A stretch of 64,000 bases of DNA from a candidate division FCPU426 bacterium (GTDB lineage Bacteria; Oederibacteriota; Muellerivitia; Muellerivitales; Muellerivitaceae), in assembly GCA_963796105.1 (NCBI GenBank), contig CAWCKJ010000004.1, positions 1,544,760 through 1,608,759 on the forward strand, in the 5' to 3' direction. The position numbers and the translations under genes are program-made. How positions within the stretch are numbered: position 1 is the stretch's first letter; each line of letters starts with the position of its first letter. The notes under the pieces were generated by a model. It did no database searches. It saw only the letters and a program-made list of their open reading frames with translations, and was not told the DNA's origin. Shown here in pieces: positions 50,342 through 61,074 of this stretch.

Positions 50342-51091
50342 ATGCTTCAACACCCTACCCTGGACAAGCTTTATCAACTGAGATTGCCCGGCATGCTCAA
50401 GGCCCTGCAAGAGCAGATGGAAAATCCTGAATGCAGTTCCTTGAGTTTCGAGGAAAGGTTCGCTTTGTTGTTGGACCGGGAGGAGATGATGAGATCCAAC
50501 AGCCGCCTCACCGCCAGGCTGCAAAGGGCGAAACTACGTCTTCCGGCAACGATGGAGGACGTGGATTACCAACAGCCCCGCGGTCTAGACAAGGCGAAAA
50601 TCCTGTCACTGGCATCCTGCGCTTGGCTTCGATCCCATGACAACTGCCTGATTACAGGGCCCACGGGCTGTGGAAAGAGCTACCTAGCCTGTGCCCTGGG
50701 GCACCAGGGCTGCCGTGAAGGGTTCCACGTTCTTTACTTGAGGGTTCCCAAACTTTTCCAAGACTTGGCCCTGGCCAAGGCGGATGGACGATATGGGAAA
50801 ATCCTCGTCTCCTTCTCCCACTATGACCTTTTGATCCTGGACGATTGGGGAACGGCGGTTCTCACCGATGAGCAACGCAAGGACTTGTTTGAGATATTGG
50901 AGGACCGATATGACCGGCGATCCACCTTGGTAACTTCCCAAGTCCCGCCAAGCCATTGGCACGAAATCATCGGAGACCCGACTTTAGCTGACGCCATTCT
51001 TGACCGGCTAATCCACAACTCCCATTCCATCGTCTTGAAAGGAGAATCCATGCGGAAAAATCGTAAAATCCAGGCCAACCCTGACGGCTAA
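50342..51091 (+). CDS. istB: IS21 helper ATPase
   Basis: GPTGCGKS, LILDDWG, ADAILDRL. Confidence 0.96.
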   Translation: MLQHPTLDKLYQLRLPGMLKALQEQMENPECSSLSFEERFALLLDREEMMRSNSRLTARLQRAKLRLPATMEDVDYQQPRGLDKAKILSLASCAWLRSHDNCLITGPTGCGKSYLACALGHQGCREGFHVLYLRVPKLFQDLALAKADGRYGKILVSFSHYDLLILDDWGTAVLTDEQRKDLFEILEDRYDRRSTLVTSQVPPSHWHEIIGDPTLADAILDRLIHNSHSIVLKGESMRKNRKIQANPDG

Positions 51092-51290
51092 ACCATTTTC
51101 TTCTTTCAGAATTGGTTCTTGGCCGTGTAGCATCGGAAATTAATAAATCAGTCAAAGGAATTTAAAACCAGAATAACCCCGCGTCGAACACCTTCTAAAT
51201 GCGCGCTTTGGATTGGATTTAGTGCGCGGATTTAATTGGAGGGAATGCGCGCTTTCGTTGGATTATGAACTCTGGAACTTCTGGAACTGG

Positions 51291-51436
51291 CCCTCCCTAC
51301 GCATTAAGCTTCGGGAGGCAGGCCTGGAACCTTGGAACTCGGGAATCCTGGAACTCCTGGAACTGGCCCGGAACTCCGGAATTGCCCCGGAACCCCGGAA
51401 CTGGCCCTCCCTACGCATTAAGCTTCGGGAGGCAGG
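51291..51436. repeat. Two identical 32-bp REP-like elements
   Basis: CCCTCCCTACGCATTAAGCTTCGGGAGGCAGG at 51291-51322 and 51405-51436. Confidence 0.85.
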
Positions 51437-51613
51437 CTTGGAACCACTGGAACTCGGGAATCTTAGAACTGTTCTGGAACCACTGGATACCGGGAATTTT
51501 AGAAATTTAAAGCCAGGGCCCAAGTCGTAGGGCATTTCAGGGTGTTTGGCCGTCTTGATAATAGATCATTGAAATATGTACGATAGTCGTTCAATATTCA
51601 AGAAACCATTAAA

Positions 51614-52762
51614 GTGATCCAACGTCCAGAACTTATTAAACGGATCGAGTCCGGTTTGAAATCCAGCCCCATCACCACGCTCTTGGGGCCCCGCCAATGC
51701 GGCAAGACTACCCTGGCCCGGCAGGTTTCCCAAACCGGGAAGTCCCATTACTTCGACCTGGAAAAAAGAGGGGACTTGGCGCGCCTGGAGAATCCCGAAA
51801 GGACCTTGGAGGGATTGCGGGGCATGGTGGTGTTGGACGAAATCCAGCGCAAACCGGACCTCTTCCCCCTCTTACGGGTCCTTGCGGACCGCAAACCCCT
51901 GCCAGCCCGGTTTCTATTATTGGGCAGCGCTTCACCTTGGCTGATGAAGCACACCTCCGAATCGTTGGCGGGCCGGGTGCGTTTCATTGAAATGGGTGGT
52001 TTCGCGCCTTGGGAAGCGGGTTGGAAAAACCAGGAACTCCTTTGGGTCCGGGGGGGGTTCCCGCCTTCCTTCCTCGCCTCGACAGGAGAGGACAGCTTGG
52101 CTTGGCGTGAAAACTTCATCCAAACTTTCCTGGAAAGGGATATTCCCCAGCTTGAAATCCGCGTTCCAGCCGCGACCCTCGGGCGATTCTGGACGATGGT
52201 GGCCCATTACCACGCCCAGGTTTGGAACGCGTCTGAGATCGGGGCATCCCTGGGTTTCTCCCACAACGCGGCACGCCGGTACCTGGACGCGCTTTCCGGG
52301 GCTTTTGTCCTGCGCCAACTGCGGCCTTATTTCGCCAACCTTGGCAAACGGCTCGTGAAATCCCCGAAGGTCTATGTCCGGGACAGCGGTTTGTTGCACG
52401 CGCTTTTAAACCTCCGGACCATCAAGGAACTGGAGTCCCATCCCATACTGGGCGCTTCTTGGGAGGGCTTCGCCTTGGAACAGGTCTTGCGTCTTACGGG
52501 GGAACGGAACGCCTTCTTCTGGGGAACCCATGCCGGCGCGGAATTGGACTTGCTGGTGGAGAAAGGGGGGAAACGGTGGGGCTTTGAGTTTAAGATGGAT
52601 GACGCCCCCTCCTTGACTAAATCCATGCGGATGGCCTTGGGGGATTTGAAGCTGGAGCATTTGTGGGTGGTTCATCCGGGGGAAGCCGCCTACTCCTTGG
52701 ACAAAAAGGTGGATGTCATTCCACTAAGCGGTTTGGAACGGCTGCCCAAAGCTTTGTATTAG
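51614..52762 (+). CDS. AAA_14 ATPase with DUF4143 domain (paralog 2)
   Basis: Same motifs as 965-2131, with long identical peptide blocks. Confidence 0.9.
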   Translation: MIQRPELIKRIESGLKSSPITTLLGPRQCGKTTLARQVSQTGKSHYFDLEKRGDLARLENPERTLEGLRGMVVLDEIQRKPDLFPLLRVLADRKPLPARFLLLGSASPWLMKHTSESLAGRVRFIEMGGFAPWEAGWKNQELLWVRGGFPPSFLASTGEDSLAWRENFIQTFLERDIPQLEIRVPAATLGRFWTMVAHYHAQVWNASEIGASLGFSHNAARRYLDALSGAFVLRQLRPYFANLGKRLVKSPKVYVRDSGLLHALLNLRTIKELESHPILGASWEGFALEQVLRLTGERNAFFWGTHAGAELDLLVEKGGKRWGFEFKMDDAPSLTKSMRMALGDLKLEHLWVVHPGEAAYSLDKKVDVIPLSGLERLPKALY

Positions 52763-52852
52763 TTTTTTCCGGCGCAACTTCGCGTAAAAAAATCGGATGA
52801 ATCCGTGGCTCATGCCGCCTGTCTGGCCAAGCTTTAGCGTAGCCAGATGGGT

Positions 52853-53932
52853 TTACTTTTGGGAATCGGTTTTCTTGAGGTTAATGCCGAGGCCCAGGTC
52901 GAAAGGCATTTGGGCCATGATCCGTACAGAGTTGGCGGAGGTATCCTCGATCCAATGGGCCCTCACTTCCGCGTCGAAGGTGATGCCCGAGTCGATTTCC
53001 GTGATGAATTGGGCGCCGAGTTCCTCATAAGTGCGGTTGGAAAGGTAATAAACACCGTTGTAACCGATCGAATTGTAGTTGGAATCTCCCTCAACCGAGT
53101 AAAAGTCTTTTCCGACCCAATCGATGCCGAAAAGGTTGAGCCCTGGAACCAGCCAAACCACAGCCTTGGCGTAAAAGGCCCAGCCGACTTCGGGGCCGGG
53201 ATAAGCGTCCAGGTTGAGGGTCTTGCTGGTGAGACCCATGACCGCCAGGGTATCGGGGGATTTATCCGCACCGGGGATTTTAAGGGCAGGCCCCAGGGCC
53301 ACCGCGAAATTGTTCCAAACCGGTCCGGGATAGCCGACTCCGCCCATATGGTACCCGTGGAATTGTCCCATCAAGGAAAGGAAGGATGCCGCCGGTAGTT
53401 CCGCGGTGCCTCCATAGTCGAAGGTCTCCCTTTGATCCGGGGTTAAAAGGTCCTGCCAGTCGAGGAAGGCGTCCATCTTGAAGACATCCCCCGTCTGAAG
53501 CCATTGGACGCCGTATTCCACCGGCCTTGTCAGTTCCAGGATCGTGGACTCAAGCGGCTCGATATATCCGTGGCGATGGAGGGTTTGCAGGGTCCCCATC
53601 ACGCCGGTGGAATCATTGTCATGGAACCGGAAGGAAAGGATGGGTTTAACATCAACGGAGGTGTCTTGGGCGCTGGGGTGGTCCAGGAAGATCCCGGCCC
53701 AAAACCCAGTCCGGTCGCCGGTCGTCCCATCCAAATAACTCTCGAATTGCTGGCCCAGGGTGGTCGCCCTTAAGCGGAAAGGCTCGAAGAACTCGGTGTT
53801 GTCCCCGTAACAAGTGAGGTTGTTCCTTAAGGTCACATCGTCCGCGCGGACAGCCGGGGCCGCGCATCCCAAGAGGAACACGGCTGCGAGGACTGTTTTC
53901 AAGGCAGTGTGATTCTCACGAGTTGGAGTCAT
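52853..53932 (-). CDS. Putative outer-membrane beta-barrel protein (paralog B)
   Basis: Signal peptide, then DDVT..DNTEFFEPFRLR; homologous to the adjacent gene. Confidence 0.7.
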   Translation of the reverse strand: MTPTRENHTALKTVLAAVFLLGCAAPAVRADDVTLRNNLTCYGDNTEFFEPFRLRATTLGQQFESYLDGTTGDRTGFWAGIFLDHPSAQDTSVDVKPILSFRFHDNDSTGVMGTLQTLHRHGYIEPLESTILELTRPVEYGVQWLQTGDVFKMDAFLDWQDLLTPDQRETFDYGGTAELPAASFLSLMGQFHGYHMGGVGYPGPVWNNFAVALGPALKIPGADKSPDTLAVMGLTSKTLNLDAYPGPEVGWAFYAKAVVWLVPGLNLFGIDWVGKDFYSVEGDSNYNSIGYNGVYYLSNRTYEELGAQFITEIDSGITFDAEVRAHWIEDTSANSVRIMAQMPFDLGLGINLKKTDSQK

Positions 53933-54995
53933 GGTCCTCATTTTTCTCGGTTTTCTTTTTTTTATAGACCGGCACATCGAACGGGGCGTAAACCGCCAGC
54001 CGGAAGGAATAGGCCCAGAAGTCATCAATCCAATGGGACCTTGCCTCCGTCACGAAAGAGGCGCCCCCCTCCAAAGGAAATGACTTTTGCCCGCCGATTT
54101 CCTCGTAGCTTCGGTTCGCCTGATAGAAATTCTGGTACTGGCTGTAGGAATTGTAATTGTAATCGCCTTCCTGGGACAGGAAGTTGTGGGCCGTCCAGCC
54201 GATGGCGAAGAATTCCCATCCGTTCCCGGGGTCCAGGGCGGCCTTGGCGTAGCCGCCTTGCCCCCAATCAATCCCATTCACGTTCCACCCGTCTTTCATG
54301 GTCCCGCTGGCGATCCCGAAGGCGTCCAGGTGGAGGTCGCCGAGCGAGCCCAGCGGGGTCTTGAAGCGAAGGCCCAGGGCCGGCACGTAATTGTTGTAAA
54401 CCGTCACGTAATAAAGTTTTCCTCCCTCGTGGTAGCCGTGGTATTGAAACTCCAGGGACAGGGGACTGTCAGGCCAGAATTTAGCCACCCAGCCATAGTC
54501 GAAGGTCTCGGGAACGCCCGGAGTGTTCAGGAGCTGCCAATTGAGGAAAAGATCGGCGTGGAAATCAGGATCTTTTTGGAGCCATTGGGCGCCGTATTCC
54601 ACTGGGCGGGTGAATTCCAAGGTGGTGACTTCCAGGGGCTCCAGGAAACCGTGGCGGTTGACCGTTTGAAGGCTTCCCATGATCAACTGGGTGCCCCCTT
54701 CCCGGTACTCGAAGGAAATGAGGGGTTTGACCGTCAAGTCCGGGTCCGTGACACTGCGGTAGTCCGCGAAAACGCCCGCTGTCAGGAAATCCTTCCCGCC
54801 CAATCCCGCCTCCAGCCAGGTTTTTCCCTGCTGGCCCAGGATGGTTTCCCTCAGGCGGTAAGGCTCGAAGAACTCGGTATTATCGGCGTAAAAGGTGAAA
54901 TAGTTTTTCCAGGTCACGTCATCGGCGAAGGCGCGGGGGACAAAACTGATGACAAACCCCGCGAGAAATATATATCGAAGGATTCTTCGGTTCAT
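53916..54995 (-). CDS. Putative outer-membrane beta-barrel protein (paralog A)
   Basis: Signal peptide, then DDVT..DNTEFFEPYRLR; aromatic-rich beta pattern. Confidence 0.7.
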   Translation of the reverse strand: MNRRILRYIFLAGFVISFVPRAFADDVTWKNYFTFYADNTEFFEPYRLRETILGQQGKTWLEAGLGGKDFLTAGVFADYRSVTDPDLTVKPLISFEYREGGTQLIMGSLQTVNRHGFLEPLEVTTLEFTRPVEYGAQWLQKDPDFHADLFLNWQLLNTPGVPETFDYGWVAKFWPDSPLSLEFQYHGYHEGGKLYYVTVYNNYVPALGLRFKTPLGSLGDLHLDAFGIASGTMKDGWNVNGIDWGQGGYAKAALDPGNGWEFFAIGWTAHNFLSQEGDYNYNSYSQYQNFYQANRSYEEIGGQKSFPLEGGASFVTEARSHWIDDFWAYSFRLAVYAPFDVPVYKKKKTEKNEDHDSNS

Positions 54996-55011
54996 GTAAT
55001 AGGACTCCTCG

Positions 55012-55821
55012 TTAAAAAACAGGTTTTTGACCCCAGGCTGAAACAGTCGAATAGTATATCGCGGCTTGGTTCGGGTCGCCCGCGATTTTGACGTACAGGT
55101 CCAGGTCTGATTCCGTTGCGGCTCCGGTCTGGAGGTACTGATCCCGCAATTGCAATGCCGAGAGCCGCATGATTTCCGCCGTTCCTTTCCCCCCTTGTTC
55201 CAAAGGGGCGTAGGCCTCTTCCTTTATATTCATGAATCCCTGTTGGGCCAGGAAGCCGCGAAGTTGGCCGCCGAATGAATAATCGTTGTGTTTTTTGGAG
55301 AACAAACTCTTGATCGCGTCCTTGGTCGCGTAAAAACCCCTGGAAATTTCCGGATGGGGCGTATCCAAGCGAGCGGCCGAAAAATCCGCGTCTTCCAACA
55401 GGAGCCATCCCCCCGGTTTCAATGCGGCAGTCATCTTGTCCAGGATTTCCGGGAAGTTAGGATTGTGCATCAAGACATAGCGCTCATGGATCATGTCGAA
55501 CTTTTCACGGGCCAAGTCCATTTTAGTCAAGTCGCCCTGGATGATCCTGAGATTCGGGAGGAGGATTTTTTCAACGAACCTGGTATCCAGGTCAATAGCC
55601 GTGACGGTTCCGGATTCACCGGCGGTTTCCGACAGCCAATCAAGCAGGCCCCCTGCGCCTGGTCCCGCCTCCAAAATGGACATACCCGGCCGGAGGCCAA
55701 TCCCGCTTAAAAGTCTTTTCGTGAGGGGATCGAAAAGCTCCTCGATGATCCGAAGCCGCTCATATTCCGCCCGATCCCTGGTGTCTTTAAAAATGTAATG
55801 ATGTGATGTCATGGCCCTCAT
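55012..55821 (-). CDS. Class I SAM-dependent methyltransferase
   Basis: LEAGPGAG, FDMIHER, LKPGGWL. Confidence 0.9.
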   Translation of the reverse strand: MRAMTSHHYIFKDTRDRAEYERLRIIEELFDPLTKRLLSGIGLRPGMSILEAGPGAGGLLDWLSETAGESGTVTAIDLDTRFVEKILLPNLRIIQGDLTKMDLAREKFDMIHERYVLMHNPNFPEILDKMTAALKPGGWLLLEDADFSAARLDTPHPEISRGFYATKDAIKSLFSKKHNDYSFGGQLRGFLAQQGFMNIKEEAYAPLEQGGKGTAEIMRLSALQLRDQYLQTGAATESDLDLYVKIAGDPNQAAIYYSTVSAWGQKPVF

Positions 55822-56035
55822 CTTATGAAGTCATTCCCGGGGATTGCAAGTTTGGATTGGATTAACCGTCGTCCATTTAAGGCCTAAAATGATTTCCATG
55901 TAACGGATTGTAATCCGCCGCAATTCTTCCTATTGCTAAACAAAAACGTGGTGAATTAACCAACCTTAACGTCTAAAATCTGGGTTCGTTATTAATACTG
56001 CGGCACTCATTCAAATCCGTAGTAGGAGGAATTTT

Positions 56036-56659
56036 ATGCTTCAAGCCATCAAGGCCTTCGCCCTTTTGGGGGGTGAGTGGGTCCTTTACCTTTTATTAGC
56101 CTTGTCCATCTGGAGCATCGCGGTAATCTGGGACCGGTTTTTCCTGTTCCGGAAAAAAGCCAAGGACGCGGAACTCCTTGAGGAAAAAATTCCCGCGATG
56201 CTAGCCCAGGGGCAATTCAAGGAGGCGAAGGAACTGGTGGAAAAATCCGAGTCTCCTTCCGGGTCCATCTTGAAAGTGGGGTTGGCCAATATTTCCGCCG
56301 GGACCGAAGCTCTGGAGCAAATCATGGAAAGCCAAAAAATCCGGGAAAAAATGGCGATGGAAAAAAACCTGCTGGTACTGGGCACCCTGGGAAGCAACGC
56401 TCCTTTCATCGGCTTGTTCGGGACCGTCCTGGGGATCATCAAGGCTTTCAATGACCTGGCCCTGGCCGGAACCTCCGGGCCGACGGTCGTCATGAGGGGT
56501 GTCTCCGAGGCCCTGGTGGCCACCGCGGTCGGGCTTTTGATCGCCATCCCCTGCGTGGCCGCCTTCAACTATTTCCAGAACCTGGTCAAGCGCTCGCTCC
56601 TGAACGCCGACAGGCTTTCGGGCCTGCTCCTGGCCTACGTCCCCAAGGAAAGGGAATAG
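56036..56659 (+). CDS. exbB: MotA/TolQ/ExbB proton channel
   Basis: APFIGLFGTVLGI, EALVATAVGL. Confidence 0.9.
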   Translation: MLQAIKAFALLGGEWVLYLLLALSIWSIAVIWDRFFLFRKKAKDAELLEEKIPAMLAQGQFKEAKELVEKSESPSGSILKVGLANISAGTEALEQIMESQKIREKMAMEKNLLVLGTLGSNAPFIGLFGTVLGIIKAFNDLALAGTSGPTVVMRGVSEALVATAVGLLIAIPCVAAFNYFQNLVKRSLLNADRLSGLLLAYVPKERE

Positions 56660-56662
56660 GAA

Positions 56663-57067
56663 ATGGCCCATACCCGCCACGATCCCGACGAGCCGATCAC
56701 CCAGATCAACGTCGTGCCGCTGGTGGATATCATGCTGGTTCTTTTGATCATCTTCATGCTGACGGCCAGCTTCATCGCGACGCCTTCCGTGCCGGTGCGC
56801 CTGCCCAAGGCCTATACCTCCGACCCGTCCCTCCCCCGGAGCATCTCGGTGGTGCTGAACACCAAGGGCGATATTTTCTACCAGGGCAAGAAGATCGTGA
56901 GGGAGGATTTGACCAACCGCCTGCGTGAGTCGGCCGCCACGAACCCGGAACTGAGGGTCGTGCTTTCGGCGGATGACACAGTGACCCACGGCAAGGTGAT
57001 CGAGGTCCTGGACATGATGCGCCAGGCGGGCGTCACCCTGGTTGCCCTGGGAGTGGAGAAACCTTGA
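56663..57067 (+). CDS. exbD: ExbD/TolR family protein
   Basis: INVVPLVDIMLVLLIIFM. Confidence 0.9.
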   Translation: MAHTRHDPDEPITQINVVPLVDIMLVLLIIFMLTASFIATPSVPVRLPKAYTSDPSLPRSISVVLNTKGDIFYQGKKIVREDLTNRLRESAATNPELRVVLSADDTVTHGKVIEVLDMMRQAGVTLVALGVEKP

Positions 57068-57660
57068 GAAGCCCCGCGTTCCTTTCCGTCCGCCCCCTGC
57101 CCTGGCTTTTATCCCTGGGGATCCACGCGGCATTCATCTTCGGGATCTTATGGGTGGCGCGCCCCCGCCTCCTGGACCTGACCATGGTCACCTTGGAATC
57201 GGCACAAGCCAAGGCGGCTTCCTTTTTCCAGCCGGCGAAGGAGGATTTGTGGCAAAGGCCCATGCTGAAGATCACAGGCAAGATTCCTCCCCCGAAACCC
57301 AAACCGGAACCAACACCCCCGCCCCCGTCCGCCCAAGCGGGCCCGGCCCCGGGGGAGGGAATCGGCCAGATCCGAACGGTGGCCCAAGTCAGCCAATTGC
57401 CACAATTCAAGAATCAGGTCCAGGCCGTATATCCGGAGGCCGCCAAGAGCGCCAACCTCGAGGGAGTGGTAATGCTTCAAGTGGATATCGACGCCAGCGG
57501 TTTCGTCATGGACGTGAAAGTGATCCAAAGTTTGGGGTCCGGGTGCGACGAGGCGGCGGTGAACGCCATGAAGGAATCCACATTCACGCCGGCCATGGCT
57601 GGTTCGGAAGCTGTTCCGGTGAGGATCAGGATTCCGTACCGGTTCAAGATCAACGGGTAA
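57064..57660 (+). CDS. tonB: Energy transducer TonB
   Basis: TM helix with His, Pro-rich linker, YPEAA..EGVV TonB_C domain. Confidence 0.88.
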   Translation: MRSPAFLSVRPLPWLLSLGIHAAFIFGILWVARPRLLDLTMVTLESAQAKAASFFQPAKEDLWQRPMLKITGKIPPPKPKPEPTPPPPSAQAGPAPGEGIGQIRTVAQVSQLPQFKNQVQAVYPEAAKSANLEGVVMLQVDIDASGFVMDVKVIQSLGSGCDEAAVNAMKESTFTPAMAGSEAVPVRIRIPYRFKING

Positions 57661-57758
57661 AAGACATCAACAAGACCTTTTTCACCACAGGGACACAGAG
57701 GCACAGTAAGGAAAATCATTTAAAGTTTGTTCTTTTGGCAAACCACAAAGGATTTGAT

Positions 57759-60191
57759 TTGAAATTAGCTAATAAATATTTTTGGCTATCAATCCTGTTT
57801 CTCTCCGGCTTTGGATATGCCGCGCAAGGGCAGGAACTGACTCCCGAAGTGGTGACGGAAACCGGGCAAGCCCAACCGGCTGAAGTTTTCTACGTCCTTT
57901 CAGGCCGGATTTTGGAGAAGGGAACCAAGGACCCCGTCCTGGGGGGAAGCCTTTTCCTGGAGGCTGTGGGAAACACCTTAATTGCTGAACCGGCGGCCAA
58001 CACCCTTGAGGCCCAATCTGAGCAGACGCCCGTTCCAGACCTTACTCCTGTTCCGACACCCTTAACCTACTCCGCGGACACTGATTTGAAGGGGAATTAC
58101 AAGGTTTCGGTGCCGACGGGAACCTACCACCTCGTTGTCGCGGGGGAGGGATACAAAAAATACGCTCGCGGTACTTTTTCCATCAATAAAAATACCCATA
58201 AAGACTTTTACATGGAAAGGGATGGATTCACCCTGCCTGAGGTCCTGGTGACCACCACCAAAGTTCCCAAAACCCAGGTCAGCCACGAGACCCTGTCCAA
58301 GGCGGAGTTGGTGGAGGTGCCGGGAACCCAGGAAGACGTTTTGAAAGCCATCCAGGCCCTGCCGGGGGTGGTATCCACCAGCACGCTGAACGGCCAGCTT
58401 TTAGTTAGGGGAAGCGGGCCCAATGACAACCAGTATTACGTAGATAACATCCCCATCGGCTATCCTTTTCACTTCGGCATCATATCCACGCTCGATTCCA
58501 ACCTGGTCAAGAACCTCGACTTTTACTCGGGAGGGTTTGGGCCCCAGTTCCCGAATTCCATGGGCGGCCTGGTGGACGTCACCCAAAGGGATCCCCGGGC
58601 CGACCGCTGGGGTTTCCGTGCGGACGTGAACATATTCCTGTCGGAGATCGAACTGGAGGGGCCGGTCTCTCCCGACAGCTCCCTGGCCATCGCCGGGCGC
58701 CGGAGTTACCTGGATCTTTTCATCAAGGATTTTTCAGGCTCAGGGGCCTCCATCGTGGTGCCGGATTTCGCCGACTACCAGGTCAAATACAGCTACAACT
58801 CCTCCCCGAAAATGCATTGGGATTTCGTGGCCCTGGGAAGCGCGGATTCCATCGGCGGGGACATCTCGAACTCGGCCACCTTCGCGGCGAATGACCCGGA
58901 CCTTGTGGGGAATTTCAACTTCACCAACGGTTACAACAACCAAGGGGTCAATTTCAGGGACCTTCTGGACGACCACAACAGGATCACCAATGCCCTTTAC
59001 CATACTGACAGCTATTTGAACTTTTCCCTGGGCCCTGGCCTTTTCGAGAACAATTCCATCGAGGATTTCGGGGACAAGTTCTCATTCGTCCATGACTTCA
59101 ATCCCGATGCCAGCCTTGAAGGGGGAGTCCAATACGACCATTTCATCAATGAGTTGAGCGCCTATTACGCCGTATACACTGACCAGAACGGCCAGCCTAA
59201 CGGGACCTTCAACCTGACGACGGCGCCCAAGGTCGCTTCTCAAGGTACGGTTAGCTCCGACGACTTTTCCGCATACCTGGACCAGAAGTTCAAGACTCTC
59301 GAGAAAAAATTGGAATTCTCCCTGGGCGCGCGAGCGGACTACGTGAATTCCGACGAGACGGTGTTTGTCACTCCCCGCGCCGCGGCCGCCTATCATTTGA
59401 CATCCGATACCACCCTCAAGGCTTCCTTCGGCCTCTATGACGAATCCCCGGACCGTATTCTTGGCGCGCCTTACCTTGACGCTAACCTGGGAAATCCCCG
59501 CCTGGCACCTGAGCAATCCATCGACACGGTTTTGGGTGTGGAGCAAAAGCTGAACGAATCAGGGCTTCTATTCAGGGTCGAGGGTTACAAGAAGGATTTT
59601 TCCGACTTGATCGTCTCCAACCCCGTCCTCAGCCAGGGCCAGGCCTATGTAAATACCGGCTCGGGTTACGTCCAGGGGATCGAATTCTTCCTCCGTCAGC
59701 CGCCCACCGACCGCTTCTTCGGTTGGATCTCCTACTCCCTCAGCAATTCCCAACGGCGGAACACCCCAGACGGTTCGATTTTTCCTTTCCAATACGACGA
59801 GCCCAATTGTTTCATCGCGGTGGGCACCTATAAATTGAATCCGGGATGGGACATGGGGGCGAAGATCCTCTATAACACGGGGCTTCCCTACACACCGGTG
59901 GTCTCGGCGGTGCCAACGTCCATAACTGTCAATAATCAGGCCACCACCATTTACGTGGCCCAATACGGCCCCACGGATTCGGCCCGGCTTCCCGCCTACC
60001 GGAGGCTGGATTTTTCGACATCCATCAAAACCACCTACGATACCTGGGAATGGAAGGTCTATTTGGATATAGTCAATCTTCTCGGGACCAAGAACGTGCT
60101 GGGTTACCAATACAACAGTACCTACACCCAAAAATCAGAGCGGGACGACCTGCCGTTCCTGCCCTACCTGGGGTTTGAGGTGAAGTATTAA
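57759..60191 (+). CDS. TonB-dependent receptor
   Basis: Plug LPGV..VRG..DN, GGFGPQF..GG, terminal GFEVKY. A TTG start gives a signal peptide. Confidence 0.9.
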   Translation: MKLANKYFWLSILFLSGFGYAAQGQELTPEVVTETGQAQPAEVFYVLSGRILEKGTKDPVLGGSLFLEAVGNTLIAEPAANTLEAQSEQTPVPDLTPVPTPLTYSADTDLKGNYKVSVPTGTYHLVVAGEGYKKYARGTFSINKNTHKDFYMERDGFTLPEVLVTTTKVPKTQVSHETLSKAELVEVPGTQEDVLKAIQALPGVVSTSTLNGQLLVRGSGPNDNQYYVDNIPIGYPFHFGIISTLDSNLVKNLDFYSGGFGPQFPNSMGGLVDVTQRDPRADRWGFRADVNIFLSEIELEGPVSPDSSLAIAGRRSYLDLFIKDFSGSGASIVVPDFADYQVKYSYNSSPKMHWDFVALGSADSIGGDISNSATFAANDPDLVGNFNFTNGYNNQGVNFRDLLDDHNRITNALYHTDSYLNFSLGPGLFENNSIEDFGDKFSFVHDFNPDASLEGGVQYDHFINELSAYYAVYTDQNGQPNGTFNLTTAPKVASQGTVSSDDFSAYLDQKFKTLEKKLEFSLGARADYVNSDETVFVTPRAAAAYHLTSDTTLKASFGLYDESPDRILGAPYLDANLGNPRLAPEQSIDTVLGVEQKLNESGLLFRVEGYKKDFSDLIVSNPVLSQGQAYVNTGSGYVQGIEFFLRQPPTDRFFGWISYSLSNSQRRNTPDGSIFPFQYDEPNCFIAVGTYKLNPGWDMGAKILYNTGLPYTPVVSAVPTSITVNNQATTIYVAQYGPTDSARLPAYRRLDFSTSIKTTYDTWEWKVYLDIVNLLGTKNVLGYQYNSTYTQKSERDDLPFLPYLGFEVKY

Positions 60192-61074
60192 GAAAGGGAT
60201 TCTATACACATGCACATGCTGACGAGGATGCTCATTTTCCTGGCGACCACATGTTTCATCCTGTTCTGCCTCCACTATTTCATCTGGGCAAGGCTGGCCC
60301 GTGACACGGGGATGGATTACACCTGGAGGATCTGGGCGGCCATCGCGCTTTTCATCCTGGGGGCCATGATTCCCGTGGGGATGCTCCTGGGACGCGCCGC
60401 TCCCAAGGCCGTTTCCACGCCGGTGATGTGGGTGGTTTATTTCTGGATGGGAATGATGTTTTTCCTGGTGGTCCTGCTGACCGTCGGGGATATCGTGAGG
60501 TTATTCATGGCCGCTGGTCCCGCGATCCTCAAACAGGAACTCTTGGACCCGGAGAGAAGGCGCTTCCTGGCGTTGTTGATCGGGAGCCTGGCGGTGATTG
60601 GATCCTTCGGACTGTCGGTCACAGCGCTATTCGGAGCCACAGCCAGGGCCATCCAACTAAAAAAAGTGAAATTGCTGATAAAGAAACTTCCGGATAAGCT
60701 GGGGACCTACCGGATCGCCCAGATTACCGACCTGCACGTGGGGCCGACCATCGGGAGGGAATTCATCCAGGAAGTCGTCTCCCGAGTGAACGCGATGGAG
60801 CCTGATTTGATCGCCATCACGGGGGACCTTGCGGACGGGACATTGGCCCAACTTGGAGAATCGGTAGCGTCCCTCAAGGAACTTAAGGCGAAGGACGGTG
60901 TTTTTTTCATCACGGGAAACCATGAGTATTACACAGGGGATTTGGAGAATTGGCTCGCGTGGCTGACAGCCTCGGGAATCAGGGTCCTCCGCAACGAGCG
61001 CGTCTCCATAAAGGATAGTTTCGACCTGGCTGGCGTGGATGACTGGACGGCCCATGGAAACGGGCATGGTTATA

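Larger units (their letters stand above)
48569..51269 (+). mobile_element. IS21-family element, complete
   Basis: Ends TGCATATTCCAA.. / ..TTGGATTATGAA with multiple GCGCAC subterminal repeats. CTCTGGA duplicated at 48562-68 and 51270-76. Confidence 0.92.
48520..51500 (+). repeat. GGAAC-based ~9-10 bp degenerate array split by IS21 (48520-48568 and 51270-51500)
   Basis: CCTGGAACCTTGGAAC.C.GGAATCCTGGAACTC occurs on both sides of the IS. Confidence 0.8.

Noticed and set aside
57042..57758. 1049-aa TonB receptor with long N-terminal extension
   Set aside because: The extension overlaps tonB out of frame and crosses an intergenic repeat; a signal peptide starts at about 57759.
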